A stretch of DNA of 63,308 nt, filler included, from Choristocarpus tenellus KU-1152 (GCA_964200185.2; 12 parts of 12 records of this genome joined end to end with filler, not necessarily neighbours in it), one strand, 5' to 3'. Numbered from the whole stretch's first letter, positions 24,065-38,674 are shown. Made by a program: numbers and translations. Notes: generated from the sequence alone by a model not told the origin.

Positions 24065-27000
24065 CTTTCCACTGTACTTGGACCTGGCCTCTGTATGTTC
24101 CTGCCATTGGACTGCAACCCCATCCAGCACCTGCACATCATATAACACCGATGGTGCACAGGTAAGTAGTAAAGGAGACAAGGACTGGCATGGAGATTAG
24201 AGGGGCATGGAGGTTGATGCCTGGCTTGGAAAGTATGTCACAAGGTTAGACATATTTGGAAGGAGCTGAGTACTATCAAGGCTGAATTATCTGTATCCAT
24301 GTCATGATTGAGTGCTATTTCAAAACGTTTGATTGTACCATGGTGGACTTCGAAGAGCCAAAGAATCTTAGAGGGTAGAACCGCGTCCATTTCGGGGTCA
24401 AATTCCAATATTCCGATTTTGATGTAAATTTGGCTATCATGTTTTTGAGGAAGTGTCAATATCCTTGTTCCGGACACACCTCTTCATAATGTGCAAATTT
24501 TTCCTACTCCTAAACATATCGGAGTAGGAAAAAGTCATAAAACACCTGTGGGAAGTCAAGTCCCAAATGGACAAACAGGGCAAAACTCGTACCCTCTAAG
24601 ATACTTTCACTCCGAAGTATCTAACGTTCAGAGGTCGACCTAGCAATTTTGGGTCATTAGCTGGGCACAGGGGACCACCTCCTACTGGACATCTCCAGGT
24701 TATGTCACCTTTAGTTTTGAGAGTTTGTAGACAACGAATAGCCTGAAGTGAGGGGAGGAGCACATGGGATTGCCAGAGGTGTCAAGGATGATGAGTTGGG
24801 AGAGGGGCCTGAGCAACTCCACCTAGTACGACAAGAATAACGATGAGAGGATGTGTGTTAGATCTGTTTAATGCACCAGTTGTGGGTTCAACATGTGATA
24901 AACCCGCTATTTATTCTATGGTAAAGATATCAATACTCTTACAGTAGACTCTAGTGTGATGCTATATCTGGGGTACATTCGTCATTTCAATCCCTACACT
25001 AAACATTTGAACATACTCATGCAGCAGAGATATGCTAGATGAACTTGCAAAGAATTGTGGCATCTTTAGTGGACACTTCAAGCACAATTGTCCTTCTACT
25101 ACACCTGACTGGAGTGTTCTTGGTCACCATTGCCTGCTCAATGCCCTACTACCTCACCTCCAAGGCAGACCCTATCTCGTTGTTGCCAGAGTACAGCTCC
25201 ATCAACTGTACCAAGCCACTCACTCCCTGCAGGCTATGTGCAAGGTACATCATTGGCAGATTCAGATTAGACCATATTACAAAATCGATTTTTATTTGTA
25301 AGTTGTGAGCACGAGGACTTGCCATAAGTCAGAAAGTAAAATATAAAATGTTTGTCAAGCCTGTGTCTCCATGGTTCGTTCCTACACCAGTCACAGCCAC
25401 CCATTCCAAGAAAAAACAAAAATAATCTTATAGTTTTCTTTCTGATTTCTTGTAAGTCCTTGCTCACGTCAGCAATTTCTAAAAACAAAGCCCCATCAAG
25501 ACACGGCCTTAGGGCGAAAATTTGAGTGATAATAGCAACAAGAACATGTGCTTTTGGAGTTTGGGTCATAGCTAATAGGATGAAATTTGTTCAACTGGCT
25601 AGGGGAAGGATCACAGACAATTTTCACTGGGTTCTAATAGAAATGTAACAGGGTGTTCCCTCAGGTGGGTGGAAATAGGCTTCTCTGTGCAGCATGCAGC
25701 ATTGCAAAAAATTATGTCTGTCATCGTGACATTGTAGTATCTCTATATTTTATACATTTTGAAGCATGCTATGTGCTATTTTCGTCATACACCACTGCCA
25801 TCAAGCACACACAAGCAAAGGGCAGGTGCCCTTGTTACTTGAAGCAGTGTTATAGAATAGTATAATATATAAAATTTCAAGCACAGATATTTTTTAAGGA
25901 AGGAGCGCTGGGGAAAACACAAAATTTTGAGCTCCAACCATCTGCACAAGTTTGAGTGAAGGATTGGTACATGTTGGGGGCTAGCCACATACATGCGACT
26001 CCTCACTTCCCCAATTTGTCTCCTCTCTTTGCCCCTCACCTGTGCAGAAAGTTGCTCTCAAGGGACAGTTGGGTGAGGTTTGTGAGAGTTGACAGAGGTT
26101 GAATGTCCGATATCTGATTGTAGCCAAGGTCCAGCTTGCTCAGGCACTGAAGGGTTTCCAGCCCCCCAAGACCGGACGTGGTTAGCTCATTGCTTTCTAG
26201 GTTAAGTTCCTGTGTTGTATGTTAAAATAGAAAACGGAGAGCATCAGTTTCAATGAGCAAGCGAAGATTGTGCTCTTGTGAGGTATGACCTTGTTCCATG
26301 TGACTTAGGTGTACGAATGTTCATGACTATATGCCGTACAAGGTGTGCTCTTAACAGTTTTATTTCAAGAGTGAGTAAGATGGTTCAATGACGAGTGCCA
26401 AATCTATTGAGTTCTGTTTGGATATGTACATGTGCTGCATTTTACCTCCAAGCACTTGCACCATCGCAATGGACCAGCGTCATGGAGCTCGTTACTTGAC
26501 AGATTTGCCACTCTTAGTTGAGTCAGATACTCCATCAGCTGCCAGATAAATCATGAACAGGAGAATAAATATGCAGCGAGTGGTTGGATAAGTTGATGTA
26601 TGTGTTGTTGGGCGGGTCCATGCTTTAGATGGTTAATTTAGGGGATGTAGGTCAGGCGAGTGGGAAGTACTTTTGTTAACAAAGTTGTAGTGAAGGAGTT
26701 AAAGTGATCTATGGGTGGTTAGAGCTGGAACAAGTGCAAGTTGAAAGATAACGACTGGGATGAAGAGGGTCAAGCAGAAAATGCCTTCACCCAGTACTGA
26801 GTGCCCTTGTTGCTGATTAATGACTCAATACCTAGGAGAATAAACTCAAATCCATCGTGACGGGTACATTGTGGGAACTTTTTATCAAATGCAAAACTGA
26901 ACAGTGCCACCCCACTCTGTGAGCCAAAATATCTTAGAGGATTGAGTCGCGTCCATTTGGGGGCCAAAATCCAATGGTGCGATTTTGATGTAATTTTGGC

Positions 27001-28266
27001 TATCGTGTTTGTTAGAAAGTGTCAGTATCCTTGTTCGGGCACACCTTTCATAACGTATACATGTCACCTACTCCGAAGCAGTTTGGAGTAGGAAAATGAG
27101 TGAAAGTATCTTAGAGGGTACGAGTTTTTCCCTGTTCTCCATTTGGGGCTTGGCTTCCATCGGGGTTCGTATGGCATTTTCCTACTCGAAAAAAATTCTG
27201 AGTAGGTAAAATGTGTATGTAATGAAAAGGTGTGCCCAGAACAAGGATATTGGCACTTCCTAACAAACACTATAGACAAAATTACATCGAATCGCAACAT
27301 TGGATTTTGGCGCCCCAAATGGACGCGGCTCTACCCTCTAAGATACTTTGACTCAATAACATAAAAACCCCCATGGGAAGCCAAGCCCCAAACGGACAAG
27401 CAAGGAAAAAACTTGTACCCTCTAAGATACTTTCACTCTGTGACTTCTTGATAGCTTACTCCGAATTAGTGTTTCAGTACGTATAACATAGAGTGCGTTG
27501 TAGGCCGTACAAGCACATACTGTGGTGTGTTGGGTAGTTTTAATCACCATGCCAGGAGGATGTTGTACTTAGACAAATTAATCCACTGCTGCTGGATAGG
27601 TGTTACTTTGCTGCCAGTGTGGCTGGTTTCTTCCCCTGGGCAATGCCTCCCCGTGTAGTATTGCTTTTATCTAGTCTTACATCATCACCATTGCTAAAAA
27701 AGACAACCCCAAAGAGGTTAGAGTCACCAACACTAACATTCACCACAATATGCATCCATACCTCGAGCTTTCGAAGATACATATGACTTAGATCCACCAC
27801 CTGGATCTCTCCTAGGAAGAGGTCCTTGGGACTTTCTTCTTCCTCCATCTCCGGTGTACATCCCTTGCTTGTCCTAGGAGATGCTCCTCCAGCTTCAAAC
27901 ACACCGACAGCTGATGTAGGTTTGCAATGGGGCTTGATGGAAATATCTCTGGAACTCTCTATAATTGCATTTTCGGTTTTGCAGTCATCAGCAAAACTGT
28001 GCCAACACCTGTTGTCCTCTATGTCACGTCCCCAGTCCTCTCCTGTTTGTATGCACTCGCCGAGCACAGTTCCGATGCTGCAAACTTCCCTCCCCTTCTC
28101 CCCTCCCTTGGTCCCAAGGGACTCAACAACACGTGTCTGTTGTGACTCAAAACAAAAATTAGCAGCCCTGTTGCTTGTGCCAATCTCTCTTCCAGCGAGG
28201 CAGTCCAATGGCTTGGTGTGTGGAGCACTTCGCCTCCCATGACTTCGCAACATATCAAGAGTCAGT
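24065..28266 (-). CDS. LRRC9: LRRC9-like leucine-rich repeat protein, internal exons 28266-27762, 26538-26446, 26209-26040, 25233-25158, 24822-24709, 24130-24065
   Basis: Phase-consistent GT-AG exons give EIQVVDLSHMYLRKLE|LMEYLTQLRVANLSSNELHD...|ELNLESNELTT...LSKLDLGYNQISDIQPLSTLTNLTQLSLESNFLH|SLQGVSGLVQLMELYSGNNEI...|VELLRPLSQLIILDTSGNPM...RLFVVYKLSKLK|VLDGVAV...EARSKYSGK: SDS22-type LRRs plus LRRcap. The LRR call is firm; LRRC9 orthology is less so. Confidence 0.8.
24355..24612. mobile_element. MITE family A copy, TSD CGAA (intronic)
   Basis: CGAA|GAGCCAAAGAATCTTAGAGGGTA...TACCCTCTAAGATACTTTCACTC|CGAA. Confidence 0.9.
26921..27438. mobile_element. MITE family A copy containing a second, inverted family A copy (27098-27354)
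   Basis: Outer flanks TGT/TGT and inner flanks AAT/AAT; the outer element resumes after 27357. Confidence 0.88.
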
Positions 28267-28564
28267 CTGCCACATTTGGGGGAGGGAAGAAGTATATGAC
28301 GGGACAACAGACAGTTGACACTCATTATCTTTTTTTTGTTAGGCGGCCGTTTGTTAGATCTCTGGCCTTGATTATCATGAAGGGAGGGGGGGGGGGGGGG
28401 GGGGTGTGGTTGAGGAATAGGGGGGGGGGTGTGGGGGGGGGAGGGAGGCGAAAAAATGACAAAANNNNNNNNNNNNNNNNNNNNNNNNNNNNNNNNNNNN
28501 NNNNNNNNTTAATTAATTAANNNNNNNNNNNNNNNNNNNNNNNNNNNNNNNNNNNNNNNNNNNN

Positions 28565-28938
28565 GACAGGCCCAACATGTCACGGCAGCTTATGGCCACC
28601 AGGGGCCATCGTGAGGGCGTGCTGCACTGCAAGCACAACCCTGGTATTCAGGGACACTTGAGCATCCTTCCTACGCAGGGGGGTCGACGGGGGGGATTGC
28701 CATGCCGACATTCTGACCCTCAACATGCCCAGTTCTGGCCTCAAAATCATCCCCAAAGACCCCTACTTTGACGGCTTGAAGCACCTCGAGTTTGTCCTGA
28801 TGATCCTCGACCCCCACCTTTTCTGAAAGCTGAGATTGTCAACCCGATTTCATTCTGTGGGGTTACCATCCAATTCGGCGCCGATCTCGCTCAGCGAGTC
28901 CAGATGTTTCTCGGCACAATATTATGGCACAGAGGTAG
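28565..28938 (-). mobile_element. Third copy (5' end, inverted) of the mariner element
   Basis: Reverse complement matches ~9801-10175 (e.g. TTTTCTGAAAGCTGAGATTGTC) and ends in TIR TATGGCACAGAGGTAG. Confidence 0.85.
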
Positions 28939-31900
28939 CATTATATTATACTCCAAGTACATGGTATTATCTTGAAGGTTGAATATCAACAGTTAAGATA
29001 CTGACTGATCAAATAATAAAGTTTTTATCACCAATCGGAACATGTAAGGGCAAGAACGCCTAAGCAAATAAATCTCAGAACTACGTCACAATCTCAAGCT
29101 TTGCTGGTTTGAATCCACTGACCGCTCATGTCAGGGTTACTGCAAGCCAGTCGCGTGTCTGACCCACACCACATCGCCTTGAGTGGTATCAATGACAAAA
29201 GTTGGCTTACGCAAATCATATGACTGTGCGCACTATCCACATCAGTGTGAGGACATCCCAAGAAGGGATCTGTCCCTGACATTAACCCCCCCCCCCCCCC
29301 CCCCGGGGGGTTCTTTTTACCAAACAAAAAAAACACCTACCCCACCCCCACTTTTTGTAGTTGTCTTTCTGGGGGGGAAAAANNNNNNNNNNATCTCCCC
29401 TCCTTCCCCCCCCCCCCCCCCCCCCACCCCAAGAAGGGATCTTCCCCCGACCTTCCCCCCCCCCCCCCCCCAGTGTGGATTTCATCTGACACGAACACAA
29501 AAGTTACTGACCAGCACTTCATGTTGTACAGGTCCTTCTTGGAGAGGAAAACATCCTGGCTAAATCAACTCAGGAACTAAAAGCAAAAAAAGGTTGACCA
29601 CTAGCGGTGATCAGCTCTAGGTCACACTCTAGTCCATGGTAGGTAATTTTTCATTAACGAGTGGATGGTGTAGTGAGAAAAATGGGATGGACCAACCTGT
29701 CTCCTACGTGACCTTGATGATCTGAGGGGATGAAGCTCAGTATCACCACAGCTTTTGTGTCATCAAGCCACCCATTGGGAATATTGCAGGGATAGTGTCA
29801 GAAGTGATTGGAAAATTCATCATCTCCTACTCTCAACTGGTACAACACTTGCCAGCCAAGGTGCTTGGAAAATCAGGAAAAAAATGGACTCAAATGTAGT
29901 TTGTGTATGCGCATTTGTAAATATTGGTAAATTGTTTTGAACAATATACATGCTTCTCACAGAAAGAGGACCAATATGTGTTTAGGTCTCAGAATAAGGC
30001 CTATATTTCTACCCCATGAGCACGAGTTGTCTTACACATAACGTCGAAATACCACCCGGACTCTGCCATGGTATGATCTTCAAGAATGATCGGTGTCGCT
30101 TCCACCATCCTGGAAATGAAAAAAAAATATAAATATATGGACTCTGATGGCAACTCATAAGGCTGGCAAACGATTAGTGTAGAGGAAATTCATCGCACTT
30201 TCCGGTCCACAAGAAGGTTTATCACAGTCACTATAGGAGGCGAGGTTGCTTGTAGGTGGACGTTTGGTTGGTGGTAAATCTAGTCCTTCGGCTGTTTTCA
30301 TGGAGGGAGCTTTTCTTTTAAGGCTAATCGGTTGGTGAGTGACTCTTACATTATAGAGGCTCAACTTGCTCTCTTCCCTATGGACTGGGATCTCTGCAAA
30401 TTCAAGTACTCCAGCAGATTTGCGCCGCACATAACTGACTGGTGAATATTTTAGAAGGCAAAGCAGGAACTTAGTCTTTCTTCCCACACCCCGATTGTGG
30501 TCAACAGTGCTCTCTACAGTGTATGATGTAATAATTGGTTGCGTCTTTGACCCTAGGAAAAGATCTGATTCGAGTAATACTTTTGTCCTGAGAAATATGA
30601 ATTAAGGACAGTCATGTCGGGTTCAGTGGCTCTCACTTCTTTATGAGGTTTGGGTTTGGCCACATGAACTGTCGCTTCAAGTTCGTCTTCCAAGCGTTTT
30701 TACGCCATCGACAATGGGTGTTATACGTGCCTCAACTTCGCAAGGTTCTTTCCCTGGGGACAGCAGCTTGGGGTTTGGTGCATCTACTGAAGTATGTGGT
30801 TTGGAAAGCCACCCTTTGTTCCCTGACGTATAAATCGGGAGTTTATGGCTTACATTCTTATTCACTCCTCAGTACCATCTCACCAATATTTCGGCATGCA
30901 AGTTCATGCGCTAGCTGTTAAATTTCCACCGTTGTTAGTACTGTATTTTCATTCGGTTATGGGGGTGGCCTCAGGAACCCCCAAAGTAAGATCAATTGGT
31001 AAAAAATAAGGACAGGGAATGATCTGCTGCGCCTGGGGAGACTCAATGTAGCAACTCCAAGTGTACACGAGCAAAGATGAAAAACTCGATTTTGAAACAT
31101 CTCCATCAACAACACTAAATTCCCACCCTCAGATGATGAAAACAAACCTACTTGGGCAGACAAGGGACATGATGAAGACGTGTTGGTCGAGTGTCACACG
31201 TCTGGCCAAGATTAGGGTGGCTCCCACCCCGAAATTGGGCGCCTTCCAAACATGAGTAATATTGGGATTTTCTGAACCGTGTTAATATAGACTGCGTTGC
31301 ATGCTAGTTATCCAATGGGCAACAAATATGCCCAGTCAGATTAGTCCAACACTGGAATACATGGTCAGCATACCATGCATCATGGAATGAATTTGTATGG
31401 TATTGCCTTGAGGTCGATATACCGTAGTCTTGGTTTTGTGATAACCATATACTCTCCGAAACTCTGCTAGGATTCTGTTCTCAAATCCTTTACCTAGGTA
31501 AGTGTAGAGTGTTTCAAGGGGACCGAAATTGGGAAAAAATGGTGATAAACAATAACTTTAGCGTTTTTTTTTTTTGTCTATTTGTAACGTCAACCAAGAT
31601 CTAACCATGATCTAACTCGTTGCTTTGACCGTTCAGAAGGATTTTAAGCGAATGCAATCATTTTCCCCCTTCCGATTTAGTGCATTCAATATTGTATTGA
31701 TGAGGGTATGATTCTCTCTGTTTGAAGTGGGCCTATAATAGTATGGCAAAGATACCCTTTATTTCTTTCCTGGTTTTCCCTCACATCCTCTTGTTTGCTT
31801 TGCAATTGTTCTGTACAGTATGTACCAGGATTTAAAGTGTCTCAAGAATTACATGCACTCTTGCGAATATGTCTCAAAAGACAATGGTGGGAAGAGATGA

Positions 31901-32689
31901 TCTGTGAAGTACTCCTGTGTCTACCTTATAACATCCATAACGGGCCACTTCCTACCTTCTACGGCCGAGAAGGGGTATTGCATAGCGCAATGTCGTGTGT
32001 GGGTAACAAAGGGAAGACTGCCCCGGGGGGGGGAAGGAGGGGAACCTCTTCTGGTTAGTATCCGCTGTGATGGCACTAGTCTCCCAAGCAACACGAGTTG
32101 ATTGGTCTGGGGTTTTGAAGTGTTCAATCACCTCAAGAACTGTTGCATGCAACAGCAACAACTGTTATTTTTTTAGTCGGCGGAACAAGAAACAGGTGGT
32201 CGTAGTAGATAGTGACACATTATGACCACAACAATTATATTTGTGTGGATGACACTAGGGTTGTGTTGTGGTTGATAAACTCAGCGACATTGCAAGAATA
32301 ACAATATTTAGCCAATAGAACTACTTCATCTTTTCCCTCCATAACAATTCCGTTTATACCCTCTCAATCTTAGCATCATGATGATGATACCATATCCAAT
32401 TACTGCTTTTTATCTTCTTACTAAAAGGGGTAAGATTTCGTAGCCTTTCCACGGTTGGCTACATTGCTGAGTACGATCTGTTAAGTGATGAAAAAATTGC
32501 ACGACAACAGCATACTAACAGGAATTGGTAAAAAGCCAAGTAATTATTTTTTTCGCAGGAAAATACGTAAGATAGAATTATCAAACATCGATGCACCTCT
32601 TACTGTTGTTGGCTTCAGCACACAACCCCCTACACACATGTACATTTAATCAGTTTTTTTCTTGATGATTGATGACTACTACTTAATTT

Positions 32690-35600
32690 TTATCGCTCCT
32701 TTCTGAAATAGTGCTCAAACAGTCCCCGCAGTCGCCCTGCTGTGTCGGCTATGCGCTTGTCCTTGTAAAACTCGCCTTCCGTTCGCCCCAGTTGATGGTA
32801 CGCTCTAACAAATGCCTGTAGGGTTAAGGAAATATTATTTGAGCAGAGAGAGAGAGAGAGAGAGAGGGAGCAGTAGCATGGGAGCCACATGATAGATAGG
32901 GAGCGGTGTGGTTAAATTCCAGGGGAGGATTAGTGGTATGCTTGGAGGTATGCACAGGGGTGCACAAATGCCCCTTCATGAATTGGGTTTGGGGCAAACA
33001 GGGCGAATCGACAGGTCTTGGGTCAAGCTGAGATGACTCAGAGGGGGTAGGATCGTGGCTAGGTGAGGTTTCAAGATAGACGGCATGGTCGAATTATGTC
33101 AAGGTGGCATTTAGCACATATTTCCCTATCAACCTTCAAGCAATATACTCCTGCTTTTTTAATTTGGATATTCTTAGGTTAAAATCACGGTTATCATGTC
33201 CTTGTTTGATTTTCGATAAGCTATTTTTTATTCGCAAAGCATGGATTATAGACTACCTCATTATTTTTTTTGTCCCTGTTAGTTTCTCCAGAAAAACAGA
33301 CTTTTCGAAGCAAGTACTATACACACATAGACATCGCCCTTAGGAAGGAGGATTTAAAAAAAAATCATATTGAACAGCAACAAAAACGAGGTCGATTCCA
33401 ATTCGAAAACTGCATTGTAGGTTGAAAACTGGTGGAAGATATTGCAGTACATGCTAGCCTCATGCAATCGAGTAGGGATCGCTTTCCTGTGATGTATTTT
33501 GCTTTCCTCAAATACGAAGAAGTTGAACTGTTGTGGCAAATCGGTGCCTCCAGCTATGCACTTCAACGTGCTCTTTTTTCTGGAATTTTTGGCGCACCCT
33601 CGCAAACACTGTCTTTCCTTACGCACAGGAAACAAAACGGATGCACTATGTAGACCGTATGCTGCACTACTTGCTCAACCTGTTGGCTGTAGTAGCCGGG
33701 CAACAAACACAAAAATCTAGATATAGTCCTTGTCCCCTCCTAAACCCACCCGATGGATGACTTGACAGCGGCCCATGCGCTCCTCTCTCGCCATATCAAC
33801 TCCTCTGGCAATGGGAGCGTTGAGCGTCTCGTGGACATAGTTACCGAACTTAAGAACAATTGCCTCTAGGCAACGCATCCCAGCAGCAACTGCATTCTCA
33901 GAGTCGAGCTGAGAAGGGCAAAGAGAACGAAGAACAGGATTGAGAGAGGTCAAGGGGATGTTGGTACCCTACTGACTCAATGCAAGAAAGATGCAGGTGA
34001 TCCCGTCTGTTGTACATGTTGCTCTACACCTCGGAAGGTGACGGACTGTGGAAAGGGGTGTCGGAAAGTGCTTGGAAGGTTACCCCACAATCTTCTCATC
34101 GACTTGTTTCTCACCCTCTCACGCTCACCCCAACTCTCCAACCAACCTGCCACATTCTCTCCAGTAGGGGAAGCATCTGGAGGCAGTTCTCCAGGCTCAC
34201 ACCCCCACCCTGCAACTGTGCCACGGATAAAAAGTCTGTCACCACTGTTGATGGTGATCCATCAGTGAGCATGCATGAGTGTTCCAGCTGTAAGAGGTGA
34301 GAGATTGTCCCTGCTACGTCACCCTTTGCCCAGAGGGTCTTGAGGAGGCGGATCTGTGTAAGCCTAGGTAGGAGACGGTTATGCAGGAATATGTTTTTTA
34401 TGTGGCGGAGGAAGGAAGGGGGGAAGAGGGATATTTGTTGAATGGAGGCGCAGAGAAGACCTTTATTTTCGTAATTTTCATCGATGGTTATGCCCAAGAG
34501 TGAGTAGGTCTTTCAAGTTCAACTGATGATACTGTGGGAATGTTAGGGAATTACTTGCTTGGAGAGGAACCAATTTCAATAGTAGAAGTGGCGCACTATA
34601 AAAATACAGCATTATTTGTCAGACTTACTTGTGGGGTAACTCTGATTGGCAGGACCATATGAAGTTTAGAGGTTAAGTGCTCACAGTGCAACGGTGATAA
34701 CGGTATGTATACTGTACCGTCCACCCCACCATCGGATATCTCGTTTTTGAAACATACCGTCCTGTACCTTAAGTCATATTCTTCATCATGATGGACGGAA
34801 AAATCTTGGAATTTTCTCCATTACTTCCTTGCAGGTTGCCACGAAAGCCATCTCTGTTTTTTTGTTCCTCACTTGCTTCTGTAAAGTGTATGCCGAGTAA
34901 GCATACGTGCTCAAAGAATATTCACATCTCGGCAAGGCTTCTTCCTCACCCCTTCCGCCTCATTTAATGGGTGGCAGAGACTGAGATATATATTGTGTTT
35001 CAACTCCTGGTCACCATACTATCCTACGAACTACCCCTGAGATATTGCCCTGTTTCCTTTCCCTACCATGCACTTTCAGTGCTCATACCAACCTATAGTA
35101 TATAATAATCAAAAAATATTGGCGGGGTTGGGATTAGGGAATGCTGCAGTCCCAATGTATCTGATTCCCTAAACGAGACCATCCCACTGGTGTAATTACT
35201 ACCCTGTCAATATATTATTATTATATACAGAGAGATATCTGCATACATCTTGCCTCTCAGACAGCATGGCAGTGATTCCAGTCCTCAAAGAAAGCGTTTT
35301 GGCAATAACTTCATCCTCTGTAGGCCCTCCACGAACTTCCCATCTCCTTGTTGCTGTTCTTGGGCGTGAACTTCCCAGGTCTTCCTCAGGGTACCTCCCG
35401 CCATCCCATTCAACTCCTCCCTTGAACCCTGTGGGAGCCCTTGGCTCAACCCCAGAGTCATCCCCAGCTCCTAACCCTATTGCAGAGCCAATCCCAGATT
35501 CTTCCTCTCCTCCTACCCTAACCCTAGCCATATTCTGTGCTGGTGCCCCTGTATCGACTTCGGTGTTGATGGGGAGAGGGGTGGCATCAACTGTAATCCC

Positions 35601-38132
35601 ACCAGCTCCTAACGTACCCAAGGTTGGGCTAGGGATTAGCACAGGTCCAGTGCTCCTGGCAACGTTCATGTTGGGTGGAGAGGCTGATGGCGGTGTCCTC
35701 TTGCTGCAGTCACCCTTCCTCCTATCACTATTGATGTCAAGACTGAGTCCAGCGCCTGTTCTGTGACCCCCTCCATCCCCCCACTGGATACAATTCTTTT
35801 CCTCCCTTGAGCCACTATTCTCCCCACCGGAAACTACTTTTTGACGTCCCTCACTGGAAGGAGGAGGGGGAGAGACAGATGATTCTTGCTTGTCATCCTT
35901 CTTACACCAAGCCCTATCATCTCCGCTACTGCCTTCTGCACACACAAATCTCTTTCCTCCCACCTCCTGATGGAGGTAGGCACCTTTCTCCTCCGAGGTC
36001 TTGTGCTGTGCTTTCTCAAAGTTAGACCATGCCACAGGTTGTGGCATGGAGGTCGGTGCAATGCAGCCCTGCAATGCCCCTACCCTTGAAACTGGTCCAT
36101 TGATCTGTTGCATCGGGAATGGTCCACCACCCTGAAGTACCAAACTCTTTGTCGGACTCCCACTCTCTTCCCTAGCAATGCTTTCTCCCACCAGGTGAGG
36201 TGATGTAGGATATGGCTGCTGCTGCTGCTGAAGTAAAGGCTGGGAGGGGTGACTGAAGACGGCGCCACTTGTTCCTCCAACAGTGTGACTTATCCTCCCG
36301 CCTTCTTCTTTTGCTAGTGCATCAAACCGTTGTTTTTCAGCATCACCTTGACTTCTTCTGGGGGGGGTATTTGTGGGCATTACAGCATTCTTTCCATCCG
36401 CCATAGGTAATGGAAACAAGTTGTGTCCGCATACCTGTGAGGTATGAAAGAGTTGAGAGGAAAAGCCAAACTTGATCTTTCAACCGTTTTTCTTTCTACA
36501 AGTACCCCAAACTAAATATGTAGTTCAGAAATGCACTGAAATACCCTTTTTGTAGTTTCTATGATGTGACCAGGGTCACACCTATGGTTCTGGGACTGAA
36601 TGTTGTGAAGGTATTCTGCTGGAATACCTGATGAGAATAAGGTGGTATGGGAAGGGTCGCAACCTCTCACCTCAAATGACAGTGGCTCATTGGCATGGGA
36701 GTGACCCTCTTTCGTTGCTTTTGCCTCCGCCGTCCACTTTGCTCCCCTCTCCCTGCCCCCTGCCTTGTCTCTGTCCCTATTCCTCAAGTTGTCTCGATCT
36801 CTGCTCTGGAATGTTCCTGCCCCCCTGTGTACAGATCGTTCCTCTGCCCCACCTCTTGTCCTCACTTTGTTGTTGATGCTCTCTTCTCCTCCATGTTGCG
36901 GAATATTGCTTGAGTTGACCGGCCGGGCACCCGCCTGCACCAGTAGACAAATGGATCAGCCAAGAAGAATGCAGGGGAGGGGAAGGCATACACTGGAGCT
37001 ATTTGATTAAAATTTATTGCCTAGCTGTAGTGCAGGGCAAGGTAGATGTTCCACATCCGATTTATAATGTTACTTGAGGTAGCAAGCACTTCAGCCTTTA
37101 CCCGTGTCCTAGCAAGCAATGCCTACCCTACAGCTTCTTTTCTTCTTCTTCTATGCTACCTTTGACCATGGGCCGGACACCCTTCAAACCAATATCAGGA
37201 TCATACACATACATCAAAATCCGCGTATGTATATACTCCCTCCAACAAGTGGAAACATGTAGCCAACGGCAAAGGTAAGGCTGGTGGTTCGGCAACCTTA
37301 ATGCCAATGCTGCAAATTTCTGTAGTGGGGAGATCCCTAACCTTGTCTATGAGACCTCCTACTCCAATCAGATGATGGCTCCAAAGAACCTCTCTCTGAC
37401 AACCTGACCTTTACCTCATTTTGCTCACTGAACGCATCTATACCTTGCGTACAATTGCCAACCCCCCCCATATCCTTCACAATCCCCATCACACTCGTCA
37501 GTCCTTGACCTCCACTTACAATGATGTCACCACACCCAGGCCCTGTATCAGCATCCAAGACCTTCCTTTCTCCACCTCGCTGCCCTCCTCGGCTTCCACC
37601 CTCCCTGATTCTCTTTCCTGAGCCTCCAGAGAGGAGGTCACTCGCTGAAGCTCGTCGTGGGGCAGGATGCTCATGCCCCCCACTACTGCTCCTGGTGGCT
37701 TCATCCCCACCAGATACTGGTCTAGCTGGATTGGAAATGTTTGTCTTGTTGGCAGATAGGGCACCAACCTTAGCATGTTGTTCCTCAGATCGTTTTTTCC
37801 CATTCTGCTGCTTCCCCTGCCCATGCCCCTCCTTAGCATCACCACCATCATCATCGGCAGTAACAACAATGCCAGAAGGAGAGGTCTGTTTATCTTCATT
37901 AACGTCAGTGTCCACAGCCCATATGGACACAAAATTGCTGGCACAGGCCCCGGCAATGAGCTGCCGCCCCTCCACATTGAAGTGGAGTCCCCCCCTGTTG
38001 ATTCCCACCCATGGCACTTCCCCATGGCGCTCAAGTTGGGCTACTGCCTTTTCGTTATCCCAGGACCACATCCGAAGCCCTGTTGAGCTGGCACAGTATA
38101 GGTGTTGCCCCTCCGGTGCAAAAACCATAGCT
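32690..38132 (-). CDS. KATNB1: Katanin p80 WD40 subunit B1, 3' part: exons 38132-37415, 36934-36671, 36434-35254, 34363-34147, 33908-33750, 32815-32690
   Basis: Last WD40 blade (VFAPEGQHLYCASSTGLRMWSWD...QLIAGACASNFVSIWAVD), a long low-complexity linker, then a con80-like domain (LSERLTQIRLLKTLWAKGD, VVTDFL, LENCLQMLPLL, VDMAREERMGRC); stop TAA at 32692-32690. Confidence 0.88.
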
Positions 38133-38674
38133 CTGAGATGGGAGAACCATCAGAGGCAATAAATAGGGGATTGGAAGGGTGTAAGTGGGCGGGAAAATGG
38201 GGTGGGTTTAGAAGGGGACAGGTTGAGAAAACGTTAGGTGTGTGTGTGTGTTTGAGAGAGAGAGAGAGAAAGAGAGAATTGGACAGGTGAATAGGGGGGG
38301 CAGTGGCGGGGATGGTTAGGTGTCAAAATGCCATAGCGGAGTGGTGGGGAACACAGGTGAGAAGAGTGAGAAAACATGCTCGAGAGAGGGGACTGGATAG
38401 CTCTTGCTTGGTTGTGGAGGCTCAAAGTATCTGGGAGGGGGTGGCGGCTGTCCATTTGGGGTCAATTTTTGTATGTCGCGATTTTTGGNNNNNNNNNNNN
38501 NNNNNNNNNNNNNNNNNNNNNNNNNNNNNNNNTTAATTAATTAANNNNNNNNNNNNNNNNNNNNNNNNNNNNNNNNNNNNNNNNNNNNTGTATCCTCGCA
38601 GGCGTGTTTGATATCGTTCTGACAGTGAAGAGCCCTCGATGTACGGTGTATTTTTCTTTTTTTTTCCCCTCTTT

